Virus record (IMG/VR): IMGVR_UViG_3300036800_000031
Location: 1-64,000 of that record
Direction: 5' to 3' (one strand)
From: a virus
DNA: 64,000 nucleotides
Numbering within the stretch: the first letter of the stretch is position 1; each line of letters starts with the position of its first letter. Position numbers and translations under genes: made by a program. The notes under the pieces are model-generated. The model did no database searches and had not been told where the DNA came from. It was given only the letters and a program-made list of their open reading frames with translations. This document shows, piece by piece, positions 18,460-27,335 of this stretch.

Positions 18460-19670
18460 GATTCTCCTATCGTGGCAAAGAATATGGCCGAGTCGGTGGT
18501 ATCCACCGAGAACCGAGGAGCGTCCAAAAGGGACACGGAGTTTTTGAGCCGGTCCGTGATCGTGACCTTGCCGGGGATCGGGCTGACCAACGGCTGGAGG
18601 TGACCGGCGAGCGTGGTGGTAGAGACCAACACTCCCGCCGCCGCCACAACGAGGTGAATCGCTCCATGAAAGACGGGAGAAGTGGTGACCTTCCCTGTCC
18701 CGTTCTGGACGATGATCCCCGCCCCTCGGAATACGGGTGAGGAGGCCAAAGGGTTCGGCGGATCGTACTTTGTGGTAATGCCAGAGCCGTACTGGGTGAA
18801 GCCGTAGCCGTGGCTGCTGTATTCCTTCGGCTTGTAGACCACCGTCCCATGAGGGACTCGTACAATCGTCCCTGCGCCCCGCAACACCGTTGAAGCCCGG
18901 AAGGTAGCCGAAGCGACCGCCGTGAGCGTTCCAGCGGCCCGGAAGACTCCCGCTGCAACCGTTGAGCCGGAAGCCGGGAGGGTGGCCGTAGCTCCCCCCC
19001 GGAAGACGGGAGAGGTAGTGACCTTGCCGGTGTCATTGACCGCATAGGTGAGGACGACCAGGCCCGGTGCCCCGGCGAGACCGGTGGCGTTGGCCCCGGC
19101 CCCGCCGCCGCCGTAGTTGGCTCCTGCTGCCGCCGTTCCACCGTTCCCACCGTCCGTAGCGTGCCCGGTACCGCCCGTCGCCCCCGACCCGGCTCCACCG
19201 GCTCCACCGTCACCGGCTCCACCGCCGCCACCGCCGTTGACCGACCCTCCCGAAGAAGCCCCGGCCCCGCCGTTGAAAAGGACATCGCCAGTTCCGGCGG
19301 TTCCCCCCGGCCCCCCGGTCGTGCTGCCAGACGGCTTCCCGCCGCCCTGACCGCCCTTGGCGATGCACACCGCCGCTGCTTCGGCCGCGCTCGCCCCCGG
19401 AGCGAACCAGCTATCGCCGCCGTCGGTTCCGGGGTGGCCCGCGGTCGCCCCTCCGGTCCCACCCGCTCCGACCGTGATGGTGTAGCTGTTGCCGGGAGTC
19501 GTGGCGTAGCTGGTCTTCTGAGCGAACTCCCCACCACCACCGCCCGCACCGAAGCTGAGCGAGACCGTTCCCCCGCCGCCGCCCGCCCCGGTCGCCTGGA
19601 TCTCCACGGAAAGAACCCCGACCGGGCATACCCAGTTCGTGTTGGTCGTTGTGATCCGCTCGACGGTCAT
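18456..19670 (-). CDS. Gly-rich putative virion fibre protein
   Basis: WVCPVGVLSVEIQATGAGGGG domain paralogous to 15365-17347; TTSPVFRG repeats. Confidence 0.75.
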   Translation of the reverse strand: MTVERITTTNTNWVCPVGVLSVEIQATGAGGGGGTVSLSFGAGGGGGEFAQKTSYATTPGNSYTITVGAGGTGGATAGHPGTDGGDSWFAPGASAAEAAAVCIAKGGQGGGKPSGSTTGGPGGTAGTGDVLFNGGAGASSGGSVNGGGGGGAGDGGAGGAGSGATGGTGHATDGGNGGTAAAGANYGGGGAGANATGLAGAPGLVVLTYAVNDTGKVTTSPVFRGGATATLPASGSTVAAGVFRAAGTLTAVASATFRASTVLRGAGTIVRVPHGTVVYKPKEYSSHGYGFTQYGSGITTKYDPPNPLASSPVFRGAGIIVQNGTGKVTTSPVFHGAIHLVVAAAGVLVSTTTLAGHLQPLVSPIPGKVTITDRLKNSVSLLDAPRFSVDTTDSAIFFATIGES

Positions 19671-21592
19671 TACGAAACCTGTTCTTGCAGCGCCCTACAC
19701 ATCCCGTGGGCGTAGAACGCCGAGCCGGTTTCGAGCGGGTGGACAAAGTCCCCGCTGGAGTGGTTGAGCATCATGGTCGGGTTCCATGCCCCGGTGTAGG
19801 GACCGGCCCCGACCGTGGCTCCGCCCATTCCGACAACATCGAAAAGGACCACGGCCCCTGGCGGGAACCGCCCCTGGATTGACTTCGCCAAGGCGCTGTA
19901 GGTGTCGGCGACTGCGTTGATCCCCGTATCCCCGGAAGCCGCTTCATCCAGGTGCTCGATGGTGTTGAGCAACACGATAGGCGGGGTGGCGGAGACGATG
20001 AGGTACCCGTCGAGGCAGAGGATTTGCCCGGCGCTCCCGGTGTGAGTGATGACGATGGTGTGCGTCCCGGAACCCATGTTGTAGATGGGAACGCACATCT
20101 GGACGGAGGGAGCTTGGGCGAAGTTGGTGCTGGTCGATTTGAGCATCTGGTCGCTGGTGGTTCCAGTGGCGAAGGCAACGCCGTCCACCGTCACAGAGAA
20201 GGGTGCTCCGGTTGTGCCGAGGGCGGAGTTGTCAATCGCCAAGAGCACGAGGTCGATGCTCGGGTGTGTCGTGGTGATCGTGAAGGTGTCTCCGGGCGTC
20301 GTCGTGGAGGTGATCGAACCTCCTGAATAGATGCTGGCGGAGGAGGTGGTCGGGTGGGCCGGAGGAGTTACCGAAGCGTCGGTCTGTTCGACTACTGAAC
20401 TGGCCCGGAACAGCCTGATCATGGCATCAGTGGCGTTCACGGCTCCCGCCCGGCACTTGGCCGAGTTCCCTCCCAGGTATTCCGCCAGGGCGTCGTCGCC
20501 GAGACAGTCGAGAACGACCAGGCCCGACCGGTTCGACTTTCCCATCCAGGTGATAGCCCGCTGGATGGCGAAGTTGGTGTCGAGGCTGGAGGCCCGGCTG
20601 TAGTAGACAGCCGAGCCGTAGACCCCGCCGCAAATGTCAGAAGCGGTGCCACCGCCGTAGCCGTCGAAGTCGAATGGCCCGTTCATAATCGAAGCCAGCC
20701 GATGGATGAACAACGACTCGGAAAAGTGGGTTGAGGTAGACCCGCCCCCGGCCGGAGAGCTTCCCGCCGGAGGACTCACCCACGTCAAGTAGGAGTTCCC
20801 GTACCCGTGGAGGCTGGCCCCTTGGAGGGAGGGCGGAACTTGGTCGGTCGGCCGGTGGAGAGCCGGGCTGATCGACAGCGCACACCCCCCGCCGATGATG
20901 TCCGACCCGGAGGTGGAAGACGTGGTGGACACGTTCGTGGCGCTCACCGCCGGGCCACTACACAAGTAGGCGGCACAGACTGGGCTGAGGTTGGGGAAGG
21001 ACTGGGCGGCGATGTTCTTCAAGAGGGTGAACCCCGTCGGGGCCGAAACCAGGAGGGGGTCAGTAGCCCCGTCGGAGAGAGCCGCCTTGGCCGCTCCAGC
21101 GAAGATCACCAAGTCCTGCGGGCCGGGGATGATAGCGGGCCAGGTGATGAAGTCGCTGATTGCCCCGACGTTGGCATCGACATTGTTGGAGCAGAAGGCC
21201 GGGCCGACCGCCACGTCCGACCCCCCCTGGACGACGGTACCAACCCCCACGATCACGTCGGAGGTCGAGCAGACGATAGTGACCGCCGCCCCGGCGTCGG
21301 CTCCCCTGGTCAGCTTCTTCTTGTAGACCGAATAGCAGGACGGGCTGGACGACTGAAGGTTGCTGGAGAACTTGGTTCCGAGCAAGGTCCACCCGGTCGG
21401 GGTGGTGAGGTTGTTGGTGGCGGTAATCATCGAGGCACAGATGATCCCGATGTCTCCATCTTGGATTGTGCTCGGCAGAGTCAACACGACCGAAGTGGCG
21501 TTGGCCGTGTTGTGGAACGAATCCCGGATAGAAGGAGGGGTCCCTTCCCCCCTACGGGGAGCCGCTCCAGCGATGGATGCAGGAGAGAGCAT
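19670..21592 (-). CDS. putative structural protein with an SGNH-hydrolase-like domain
   Basis: N-terminal TTPTGWTLL beta domain; YGNSY block I and C-terminal DFVHP...G...YA (DxxH). Confidence 0.55.
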   Translation of the reverse strand: MLSPASIAGAAPRRGEGTPPSIRDSFHNTANATSVVLTLPSTIQDGDIGIICASMITATNNLTTPTGWTLLGTKFSSNLQSSSPSCYSVYKKKLTRGADAGAAVTIVCSTSDVIVGVGTVVQGGSDVAVGPAFCSNNVDANVGAISDFITWPAIIPGPQDLVIFAGAAKAALSDGATDPLLVSAPTGFTLLKNIAAQSFPNLSPVCAAYLCSGPAVSATNVSTTSSTSGSDIIGGGCALSISPALHRPTDQVPPSLQGASLHGYGNSYLTWVSPPAGSSPAGGGSTSTHFSESLFIHRLASIMNGPFDFDGYGGGTASDICGGVYGSAVYYSRASSLDTNFAIQRAITWMGKSNRSGLVVLDCLGDDALAEYLGGNSAKCRAGAVNATDAMIRLFRASSVVEQTDASVTPPAHPTTSSASIYSGGSITSTTTPGDTFTITTTHPSIDLVLLAIDNSALGTTGAPFSVTVDGVAFATGTTSDQMLKSTSTNFAQAPSVQMCVPIYNMGSGTHTIVITHTGSAGQILCLDGYLIVSATPPIVLLNTIEHLDEAASGDTGINAVADTYSALAKSIQGRFPPGAVVLFDVVGMGGATVGAGPYTGAWNPTMMLNHSSGDFVHPLETGSAFYAHGMCRALQEQVS

Positions 21593-22215
21593 TAGGTCGC
21601 GTCTCCACCTATGACCCATTCATCAAAGGCACGCTGCCGCAAGGTGAGAGTTGACCACTGGGCACGGGTCGTGTTCGAGGAGGCCATTCTTCGGGTTACC
21701 CCGCCCGAACCCGTGACCGATACCTGGCCGGTCCCTTTCTGGCAAACCTGGATGACCTCCCCAATCGGGAACGGCACCGAAGCGTTCGTCGGAATGATGA
21801 GGTTCACGGGAGTCGTGGAGTCCATCTCTATAACCGAACCTCGGTCGGCCAAGGTGAGGGTGTAGCTGGTGGTCTGGACGGTGCCGGGGATGATGTCCGG
21901 GCCAGAGAGGCTCGGAACGTAGTCAGCGATGGTCGGGCCGTGTGCCCACCGGCCGGGGCCGGGGTGCGCTACAGCGGGCCAGTTTCCGGCGTCTTCTGCC
22001 GCTCGGATGACCGTGGCCGTCGTGGCTCCAACCGTGTAGGCCGTCACCCACACAATCTCGAACAGGTTGGAGCCGGAGTCGAGGATGAGCGGGATGACGT
22101 CGGGAGAGACCAGCGTGGCGAAGTCCGGGGCCGAATCGAACGAAAGTGCTGTACCCGAAACGCCGGGGTCTCCCCCGAGTAGACCGGCCTGGTTGTTATA
22201 GCGGAGCCGCGACAC
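21592..22215 (-). CDS. putative minor structural protein
   Basis: FEIVWVTAY...TVIRAAE N-part; SYTLTLADRG...IPTNASVPFPIG...WVIGGD C-part typical of fibre modules. Confidence 0.65.
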   Translation of the reverse strand: MSRLRYNNQAGLLGGDPGVSGTALSFDSAPDFATLVSPDVIPLILDSGSNLFEIVWVTAYTVGATTATVIRAAEDAGNWPAVAHPGPGRWAHGPTIADYVPSLSGPDIIPGTVQTTSYTLTLADRGSVIEMDSTTPVNLIIPTNASVPFPIGEVIQVCQKGTGQVSVTGSGGVTRRMASSNTTRAQWSTLTLRQRAFDEWVIGGDAT

Positions 22216-22223
22216 TTAGCGGC

Positions 22224-22589
22224 CTACGACTCAGTAGCGGTGACCGCCCCGATAGCGAAGTTCACGGTCGAACCGGCCGGGATGGTGAGGGCCGTGTCCA
22301 AAGCGCCGCCCCATACCGGGTTAGCTCCGGTGGAACCAGTGAACAGGCAGAGGAAGCCAACCGAAACCGCTGGCATCCCCGTAAAGGACTGGGCGGTGGT
22401 GGAAGCCTTGCTCCCGGCCGAAGCCGCCACACCGAAGACGATGGCCTGGCGGGCGTAGGAACCACCCGTGACTTCGTTGGCTCCGGTAATGCCGGGGTCA
22501 GCGGTACAAAGGCCCAAGTAGTACGTGGTGCCCGTGGTGATCTTGGCGTCGATCCCGGCGTTGGCCGCTGCGACTGTTTCTCTTGCCAC
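22224..22589 (-). CDS. small fibre-associated structural protein, paralog of 17713-18081
   Basis: TADPGITGANEVTGGSYARQA. Confidence 0.7.
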   Translation of the reverse strand: MARETVAAANAGIDAKITTGTTYYLGLCTADPGITGANEVTGGSYARQAIVFGVAASAGSKASTTAQSFTGMPAVSVGFLCLFTGSTGANPVWGGALDTALTIPAGSTVNFAIGAVTATES

Positions 22590-22661
22590 AGTTGGGCACC
22601 TTTCGGTAGAGGGGAGGAGGGGGCCGGGATGTCACTCCACCGACCCCCTCCGGGGGGTAGA

Positions 22662-23192
22662 TCAGGCAGGGACCGGCTGGGTTGCTCCGGTCCATTCGGC
22701 CCAGTCGGTGCCGGTGGTGGCTTCGCCGCTCCCGGTCCATGTGTAGAGCGGCAGGCCGGTGTCGGTCTGGACGTCCGCCTTGGCCCACAAGGTGGTGTCG
22801 ATGGAGGCCGGGTCGCCGGAGAACGTGAACAGGACCGGGGCCGGAGCCGGGGCCGGGGCTGCCTCGATGGGCGTGGAGGTGATGGACACCGAGACCACCG
22901 GGCCGGGGACCACTTCGCCCACCCAAGCCGCTGACAAAGTGCCGGAGTCGGCGCTGGCGGCGAAGCTCACCGTGGCCTTACCAACCTTGCCGGTCGGGAC
23001 CAGGGTGGCCGACAGCTGATCGTCAGCCGGGTTGAACGTGAAAACGCCGTCCGGGTCGGCAATGGTCAACGACGGACTGATCATCCCGGTGGTAGAGGCT
23101 TCCCCATTTCCATCGACGCCTACGACATCGAGCTTGACCCCGAGAGGGGCGACGGTTTCGGCTGGGGCTTCTTGGGTTGCGGTATCGCTCAT
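22662..23192 (-). CDS. acidic Ig-like hypothetical protein
   Basis: AAAGGA RBS; beta-rich sequence with an APAPAP linker. Confidence 0.65.
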   Translation of the reverse strand: MSDTATQEAPAETVAPLGVKLDVVGVDGNGEASTTGMISPSLTIADPDGVFTFNPADDQLSATLVPTGKVGKATVSFAASADSGTLSAAWVGEVVPGPVVSVSITSTPIEAAPAPAPAPVLFTFSGDPASIDTTLWAKADVQTDTGLPLYTWTGSGEATTGTDWAEWTGATQPVPA

Positions 23193-23204
23193 TGGTGTGT
23201 CCTT

Positions 23205-23360
23205 TCAGACAATCGGGGTGGAGATGATGGTGACGCTGGTGACTGGCCCTGGTGCGGGGTGCTCCAGAGAGTGAACTTCATCGGCGAGATCCTCAACCTC
23301 ATCGAGGAGAATCTCGTCAATCTCGGCAAGCTGTTCGATCTCTTGGCGCTCCCCTTCCAT
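23205..23360 (-). CDS. 51-aa acidic protein (absent from the ORF track)
   Basis: TGATG-coupled; MEGERQEIEQLAEIDE...PGPVTSVTIISTPIV. Confidence 0.55.
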   Translation of the reverse strand: MEGERQEIEQLAEIDEILLDEVEDLADEVHSLEHPAPGPVTSVTIISTPIV

Positions 23361-23785
23361 CAGGTCGGGATAGGTGGGGGTGGTTCGGTATTGACCATCT
23401 GAGGGTTTGCGCCACCGCCACCTCCGCCAGCGCCTCCGGAGACAACGCCCAATGAGCTAACCCCCGCTGCCGCGCCGCCGCTGCCCAAATGGAGATCACC
23501 GGATACCTGGACACTGCCGATGGTCGGGGCTGCCGGTGCGGCCGGAGTGACCGGCGGAACGTACCGAAGCATGGCCGGGATGGTTCCAGAGCTTTCCAGG
23601 GCATTGTGGACGGCGGAGACGAACACGTAGATCGCCCCGACAATCCCAATGACCTTGGCGTCCTGGGTGGCAGAGAGGGGAGAAGCCGCGAGCAGGGCAG
23701 CGAACGCCGCCGGACTAGCAATGGCCGCTTGAAAGAGGGACCGGATGACCCGCTCGATAGAACCCGTGGCTGTGGAGGACTTCAT
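23360..23785 (-). CDS. holin-like membrane protein
   Basis: ERVIRSLFQA N-terminus and two transmembrane segments, near the endolysin. Confidence 0.55.
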   Translation of the reverse strand: MKSSTATGSIERVIRSLFQAAIASPAAFAALLAASPLSATQDAKVIGIVGAIYVFVSAVHNALESSGTIPAMLRYVPPVTPAAPAAPTIGSVQVSGDLHLGSGGAAAGVSSLGVVSGGAGGGGGGANPQMVNTEPPPPIPT

Positions 23786-23830
23786 GGGGCCGAGAGTAAT
23801 GGCCGTCCCCGTCTAGGTCAGGGGATGGTC

Positions 23831-24139
23831 CTAGCGCCGGGTGCGATTTCGATACGCCTCAGCGATGTGCTCGGCGGTGGCCCGGCTCGGGATAGCGGGG
23901 TGGTGCTTCTTGCAGACAATGAACGGGGTTCCTTCCACCGGGTGGAGTCCCATCCTCCAACATCCCTTGGTGTGACAGTTGTGTTTTCGGGCCAGTTGGA
24001 TCACCCCGGCCAGGATGGCTATCTCCCCGATGTCCGAGCCGAACCCGCTCCAGAAGTTGTACCAGGGGTTGTTCCCACCGGTTCCGGTGTAGTGGTAGAG
24101 CCAGTTCCCGATCTGCCCGATCACCGAATCGCCGAGCAA
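23831..24139 (-). CDS. hypothetical membrane-associated protein
   Basis: WYNFWSGFGSD...CH..GCWR.G.H...CKKHHP. Confidence 0.6.
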   Translation of the reverse strand: MLGDSVIGQIGNWLYHYTGTGGNNPWYNFWSGFGSDIGEIAILAGVIQLARKHNCHTKGCWRMGLHPVEGTPFIVCKKHHPAIPSRATAEHIAEAYRNRTRR

Positions 24140-24651
24140 TCACGAGGGGCGTAGGTGGAGTCCACCTTGGCCTGGAAGGCCGTGTAGGCGGCGGATTGGG
24201 TGGGGGTGGGGTTGGCGGGCTTGATAGCCGGGATCACCGTGTTGTCCCAAAAGTCGCGGGTGCCCTTCCGGGCATCGTTGTTCGACTGGCACGCTGCCAC
24301 CTGAGCCACGAGGCTCGTGTTCGCCTGGTTGTTGGCGCTGATGGCCGTCCTCAGCCCGACCCCGAGGCCGATAGTGAGCAGGAGGTCGAAGGCGATGATG
24401 GTGATGGCGAAGATGGTCCTGCGCCGGACGTCGGTCTTCAAGTCGGAGAGGGTGATGTTCAACCGCTCCAGGGCGGCAGTGAGTCCCCCCGCCGAAGCCA
24501 ACAGGTTGATGGAGGCAGCATCGGCGGCATCCCCAAGAACCTTCCGGGCCGCTGACGCCGCATCGTCTATCTTCCCGCGGGCGGTTACCTCGGCGTCCCC
24601 AAGAACCCCACGGGCCTGATCCTCTGGTGAGTCGTTCTCAGCTTTCGCCAT
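24121..24651 (-). CDS. single-transmembrane protein
   Basis: transmembrane segment plus ACQSNN..R...RDC pattern. Confidence 0.6.
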   Translation of the reverse strand: MAKAENDSPEDQARGVLGDAEVTARGKIDDAASAARKVLGDAADAASINLLASAGGLTAALERLNITLSDLKTDVRRRTIFAITIIAFDLLLTIGLGVGLRTAISANNQANTSLVAQVAACQSNNDARKGTRDFWDNTVIPAIKPANPTPTQSAAYTAFQAKVDSTYAPRDCSAIR

Positions 24652-24805
24652 TTCCATTCCTGTTCTCTTTGTCCAACGCTTCGGCAAGGGAACTCACCGA
24701 CAGGGCCAACTCTCCCACCACATCCACCAACTCCGGGAGGATGGAGTCGATTTCTCCCAGGGCAGCATCCAGGCGTCGTTCCTGTAGCCGGGTGGCTCTG
24801 CTCAT
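24638..24805 (-). CDS. small hypothetical protein
   Basis: ATGA-coupled 55-aa ORF, MSRATRLQERRLDAAL... Confidence 0.45.
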   Translation of the reverse strand: MSRATRLQERRLDAALGEIDSILPELVDVVGELALSVSSLAEALDKENRNGNGES

Positions 24806-25191
24806 TTCGTCGTCTTTGGCTTTGTCCCCGGCAACGGTCCGAAGTTCGGGAGCGGCTCACAAGGGATACCGACTATCCCCAGCTTGGAGTCGATCAGCAC
24901 CATGTTCTGGCAAAGCTGAGAGTCGATGGTGGCGAGATAGAGGGCGAACTTTTCCTGTTCAACTCCGGCCGCAGCGAGGTTCGCCTGTTCGGTGACGTAG
25001 GTGGTTAGCAGGCTCCGGTTCGACTCGCCAAGCATCCGGTTCGCCACCGTGAGCACCGCCGTGGACAGCACCGCAGCGACCACGACTACCGCCACCACGA
25101 CCGTGAGCACGACTTTGATGAAGTCCACCCGGTCTTCATGCTTGGAAGTGAGAAGGAGGTCTTCTTTACGTCGGCCTAGCGTTTCAGACAC
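24802..25191 (-). CDS. membrane protein
   Basis: Val-rich transmembrane helix. Confidence 0.6.
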   Translation of the reverse strand: MSETLGRRKEDLLLTSKHEDRVDFIKVVLTVVVAVVVVAAVLSTAVLTVANRMLGESNRSLLTTYVTEQANLAAAGVEQEKFALYLATIDSQLCQNMVLIDSKLGIVGIPCEPLPNFGPLPGTKPKTTK

Positions 25192-25540
25192 GGTGATCTC
25201 CCTCTATCAAACCGTCCACGTCCACCCGTAGGCGGCTGACCTTCGTGCTGAGGCCGTCAGGCCCCAAAAGCACCATGTCCAGCGTTTCTTTGATGTGCCC
25301 GACGTCTGTCTGTACCAAACCCAGCTTCTCTTTCAACTGACGGTGGTCCTTTAGCAGTCCAGGCTCCTCATCAAACCCAGGTTCGGCCGGGCGACCGAGA
25401 ATCGCCTCGTCCAACCTCAGCCGACGCCGCCGCTTCTTGAAGAAGTTACGCGCCCACTTCGCCGCCAGCACCCCGACCGTGATGACCACGGCGAGACTGG
25501 CGGCTCCTGCGGAGATAGCTTCACTACTCACAGCCCACAC
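25184..25540 (-). CDS. membrane protein next to the endolysin (start uncertain)
   Basis: N-terminal transmembrane segment then coiled coil with ILGRPAEPG. Confidence 0.55.
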   Translation of the reverse strand: MWAVSSEAISAGAASLAVVITVGVLAAKWARNFFKKRRRRLRLDEAILGRPAEPGFDEEPGLLKDHRQLKEKLGLVQTDVGHIKETLDMVLLGPDGLSTKVSRLRVDVDGLIEGDHRV

Positions 25541-25571
25541 TGAGTGGCTCTCATGTCCCTGAAGGACCGAG

Positions 25572-26429
25572 TCAGACTGCCCCGGCGTAGTTCGGCCGGA
25601 GATGTCCCGTGGAAGAAGCATCGTCAATCACCCAGGCCAGGGCGGTGTCGGGGTCGCCGCCCCATCCAGGCTTGCCCCAGGCGGTCTGGTCCTTCGGGAG
25701 CTTCCAGAAGTAGTCGAAGAACGGGGGAGCGCCGGGAGGCATCGGATCACTGCGGATCGTTGCCCACCAGAAGCGCATCTGAGCCTGGACGGCTCCGGAG
25801 TCGGTACAACCGGTCGGGATCATGAACACACTTCCTTGGATGGTTGGAGCGGGAACAGCGAAGACGGCTTCGAACTGAGCCTCCGAGCCGCAAAAGATGT
25901 TCATGTCGAACACCCCTGCTGCGCCAGGGATAACCCCGTCACTCGCGTATTGGTGGATGATGCTGGGGAAAGCAACATTGCCGGGCTGGCCGTTATATTC
26001 GGCGAGCCAGAGGCCGATGGACTGGTCGTAGCCTTCGGCCGCTTCCGACTGGTTGAGGTACTGGATTGCCGGGTGTTGGGCGATCAGGCCCTTCAAGTGT
26101 TGGATGTAGGCCGCTTCGCTCAGCCCGTCCGGAAGCTCATCGTCATCGAACTGAGGCACCCCGGAGACGACGTTGTTGTAGGTGCCCTCCTCGCCTCCAG
26201 GGTCCGCTGTCCCCTCATCCATCAGGTATCCGCCGACAGCGAACCCGGCAGCCTTAAAGGCCATGATGTCGCTGACTGCGTAGGGGTTCACATAGCCGGT
26301 GCCCTGGTTCACCTTGACGATGGCGAAGGGCTGACCTCCGCCCCCCAGCCTCTCTAGCTCCGCCTTGATCGCGTCGATGTTGAGGGGGTGGGCGTTGTTG
26401 CTGGAAACGTCCACGCCGTAGTGACTCAT
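25572..26429 (-). CDS. GH25 muramidase endolysin
   Basis: GVDVSSNN, FAIVKVNQGTGYVNP, DDE, LWLAEY, HQYASDG and DMN motifs. Confidence 0.85.
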   Translation of the reverse strand: MSHYGVDVSSNNAHPLNIDAIKAELERLGGGGQPFAIVKVNQGTGYVNPYAVSDIMAFKAAGFAVGGYLMDEGTADPGGEEGTYNNVVSGVPQFDDDELPDGLSEAAYIQHLKGLIAQHPAIQYLNQSEAAEGYDQSIGLWLAEYNGQPGNVAFPSIIHQYASDGVIPGAAGVFDMNIFCGSEAQFEAVFAVPAPTIQGSVFMIPTGCTDSGAVQAQMRFWWATIRSDPMPPGAPPFFDYFWKLPKDQTAWGKPGWGGDPDTALAWVIDDASSTGHLRPNYAGAV

Positions 26430-26477
26430 GAGCCTGAGACTATTCGGCGGAGGGGTAGAGGCCTTGGGATAGGGGAC

Positions 26478-27335
26478 TTACAGCGCCCGGATAATCCACT
26501 GAGCGGCCAGGTAGGGGGTCATGTTGTTCATGGCCGTTCCCCTTCCGACCGCCGAGACTGTCACGCTGTGGACGTGGAGAGCTGTCTCATTGTCGGTAAC
26601 GGCTTCGGCGACCCGGAAAGTGCTGCTCAGGGCACCAAGAGCGAAGTTGCCCCCTCCGGTACCGGGAGCGGCCTGGTACACGTCGTCACGGGTGTCGGCG
26701 GTGTGAGCGTGGGCCTGGCTCTCCGTCCCCGTCGAAGCGGGGTGGGAGTGGGTAGGCATTTCCCCGGTGACCATCGTGTGGTTCTGCTCACCGCCTACCG
26801 ACCCGAGCGGCAAGTTCGGCTGGGTGTTGCTGCCGCCTATGCCGCCGGTTCCAGCGATCATCCGGCCCCGAGCGTCGGGGAGAGTGGTCCCACCGAGTGA
26901 GGCCATCAAGTCGGGATAGGTGGTGCCGCTGAAGGTGCTGCCGTCCATGAGGAGCCAGTTGGTCGGGACCGTTGACCCGTGGAAGGGGACACTGGCCCCG
27001 ATAGGCACCAGTCCGAACGTCCCTCCCGCAATCGAAGTCGCCAAGGCTCCGTCCACCACCATGCGAGTCCCGAACAGGTGGAGCTCAACAACCGAGTCCA
27101 CCGAAACGACGACGTGAGCCAGGCGGTCACAAGTGACGGCCGTCGTAGCACCGTTTATTTCCACCTGGAGGGTTCCATCGGCGTTGAGGGCGGTAACTAC
27201 CCCTCGGGCGAACTGAACGTCTGTAGGGGTCGGTGGGACCGGCGTAGGGGCCGCTGGGGCACCAGCGATGATCTTCGCCAAGGCACTCGTAGCCGCGCTG
27301 GGAGCGTTCGAGGGAGTAACGGGGGGCATGGTCAT
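26478..27335 (-). CDS. tail fibre with collar domain
   Basis: VPIGASVPF.G..VP..WLLMDGS...YPDL...LPDARGR...GGE..H...EMP.HSH. Confidence 0.85.
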   Translation of the reverse strand: MTMPPVTPSNAPSAATSALAKIIAGAPAAPTPVPPTPTDVQFARGVVTALNADGTLQVEINGATTAVTCDRLAHVVVSVDSVVELHLFGTRMVVDGALATSIAGGTFGLVPIGASVPFHGSTVPTNWLLMDGSTFSGTTYPDLMASLGGTTLPDARGRMIAGTGGIGGSNTQPNLPLGSVGGEQNHTMVTGEMPTHSHPASTGTESQAHAHTADTRDDVYQAAPGTGGGNFALGALSSTFRVAEAVTDNETALHVHSVTVSAVGRGTAMNNMTPYLAAQWIIRAL

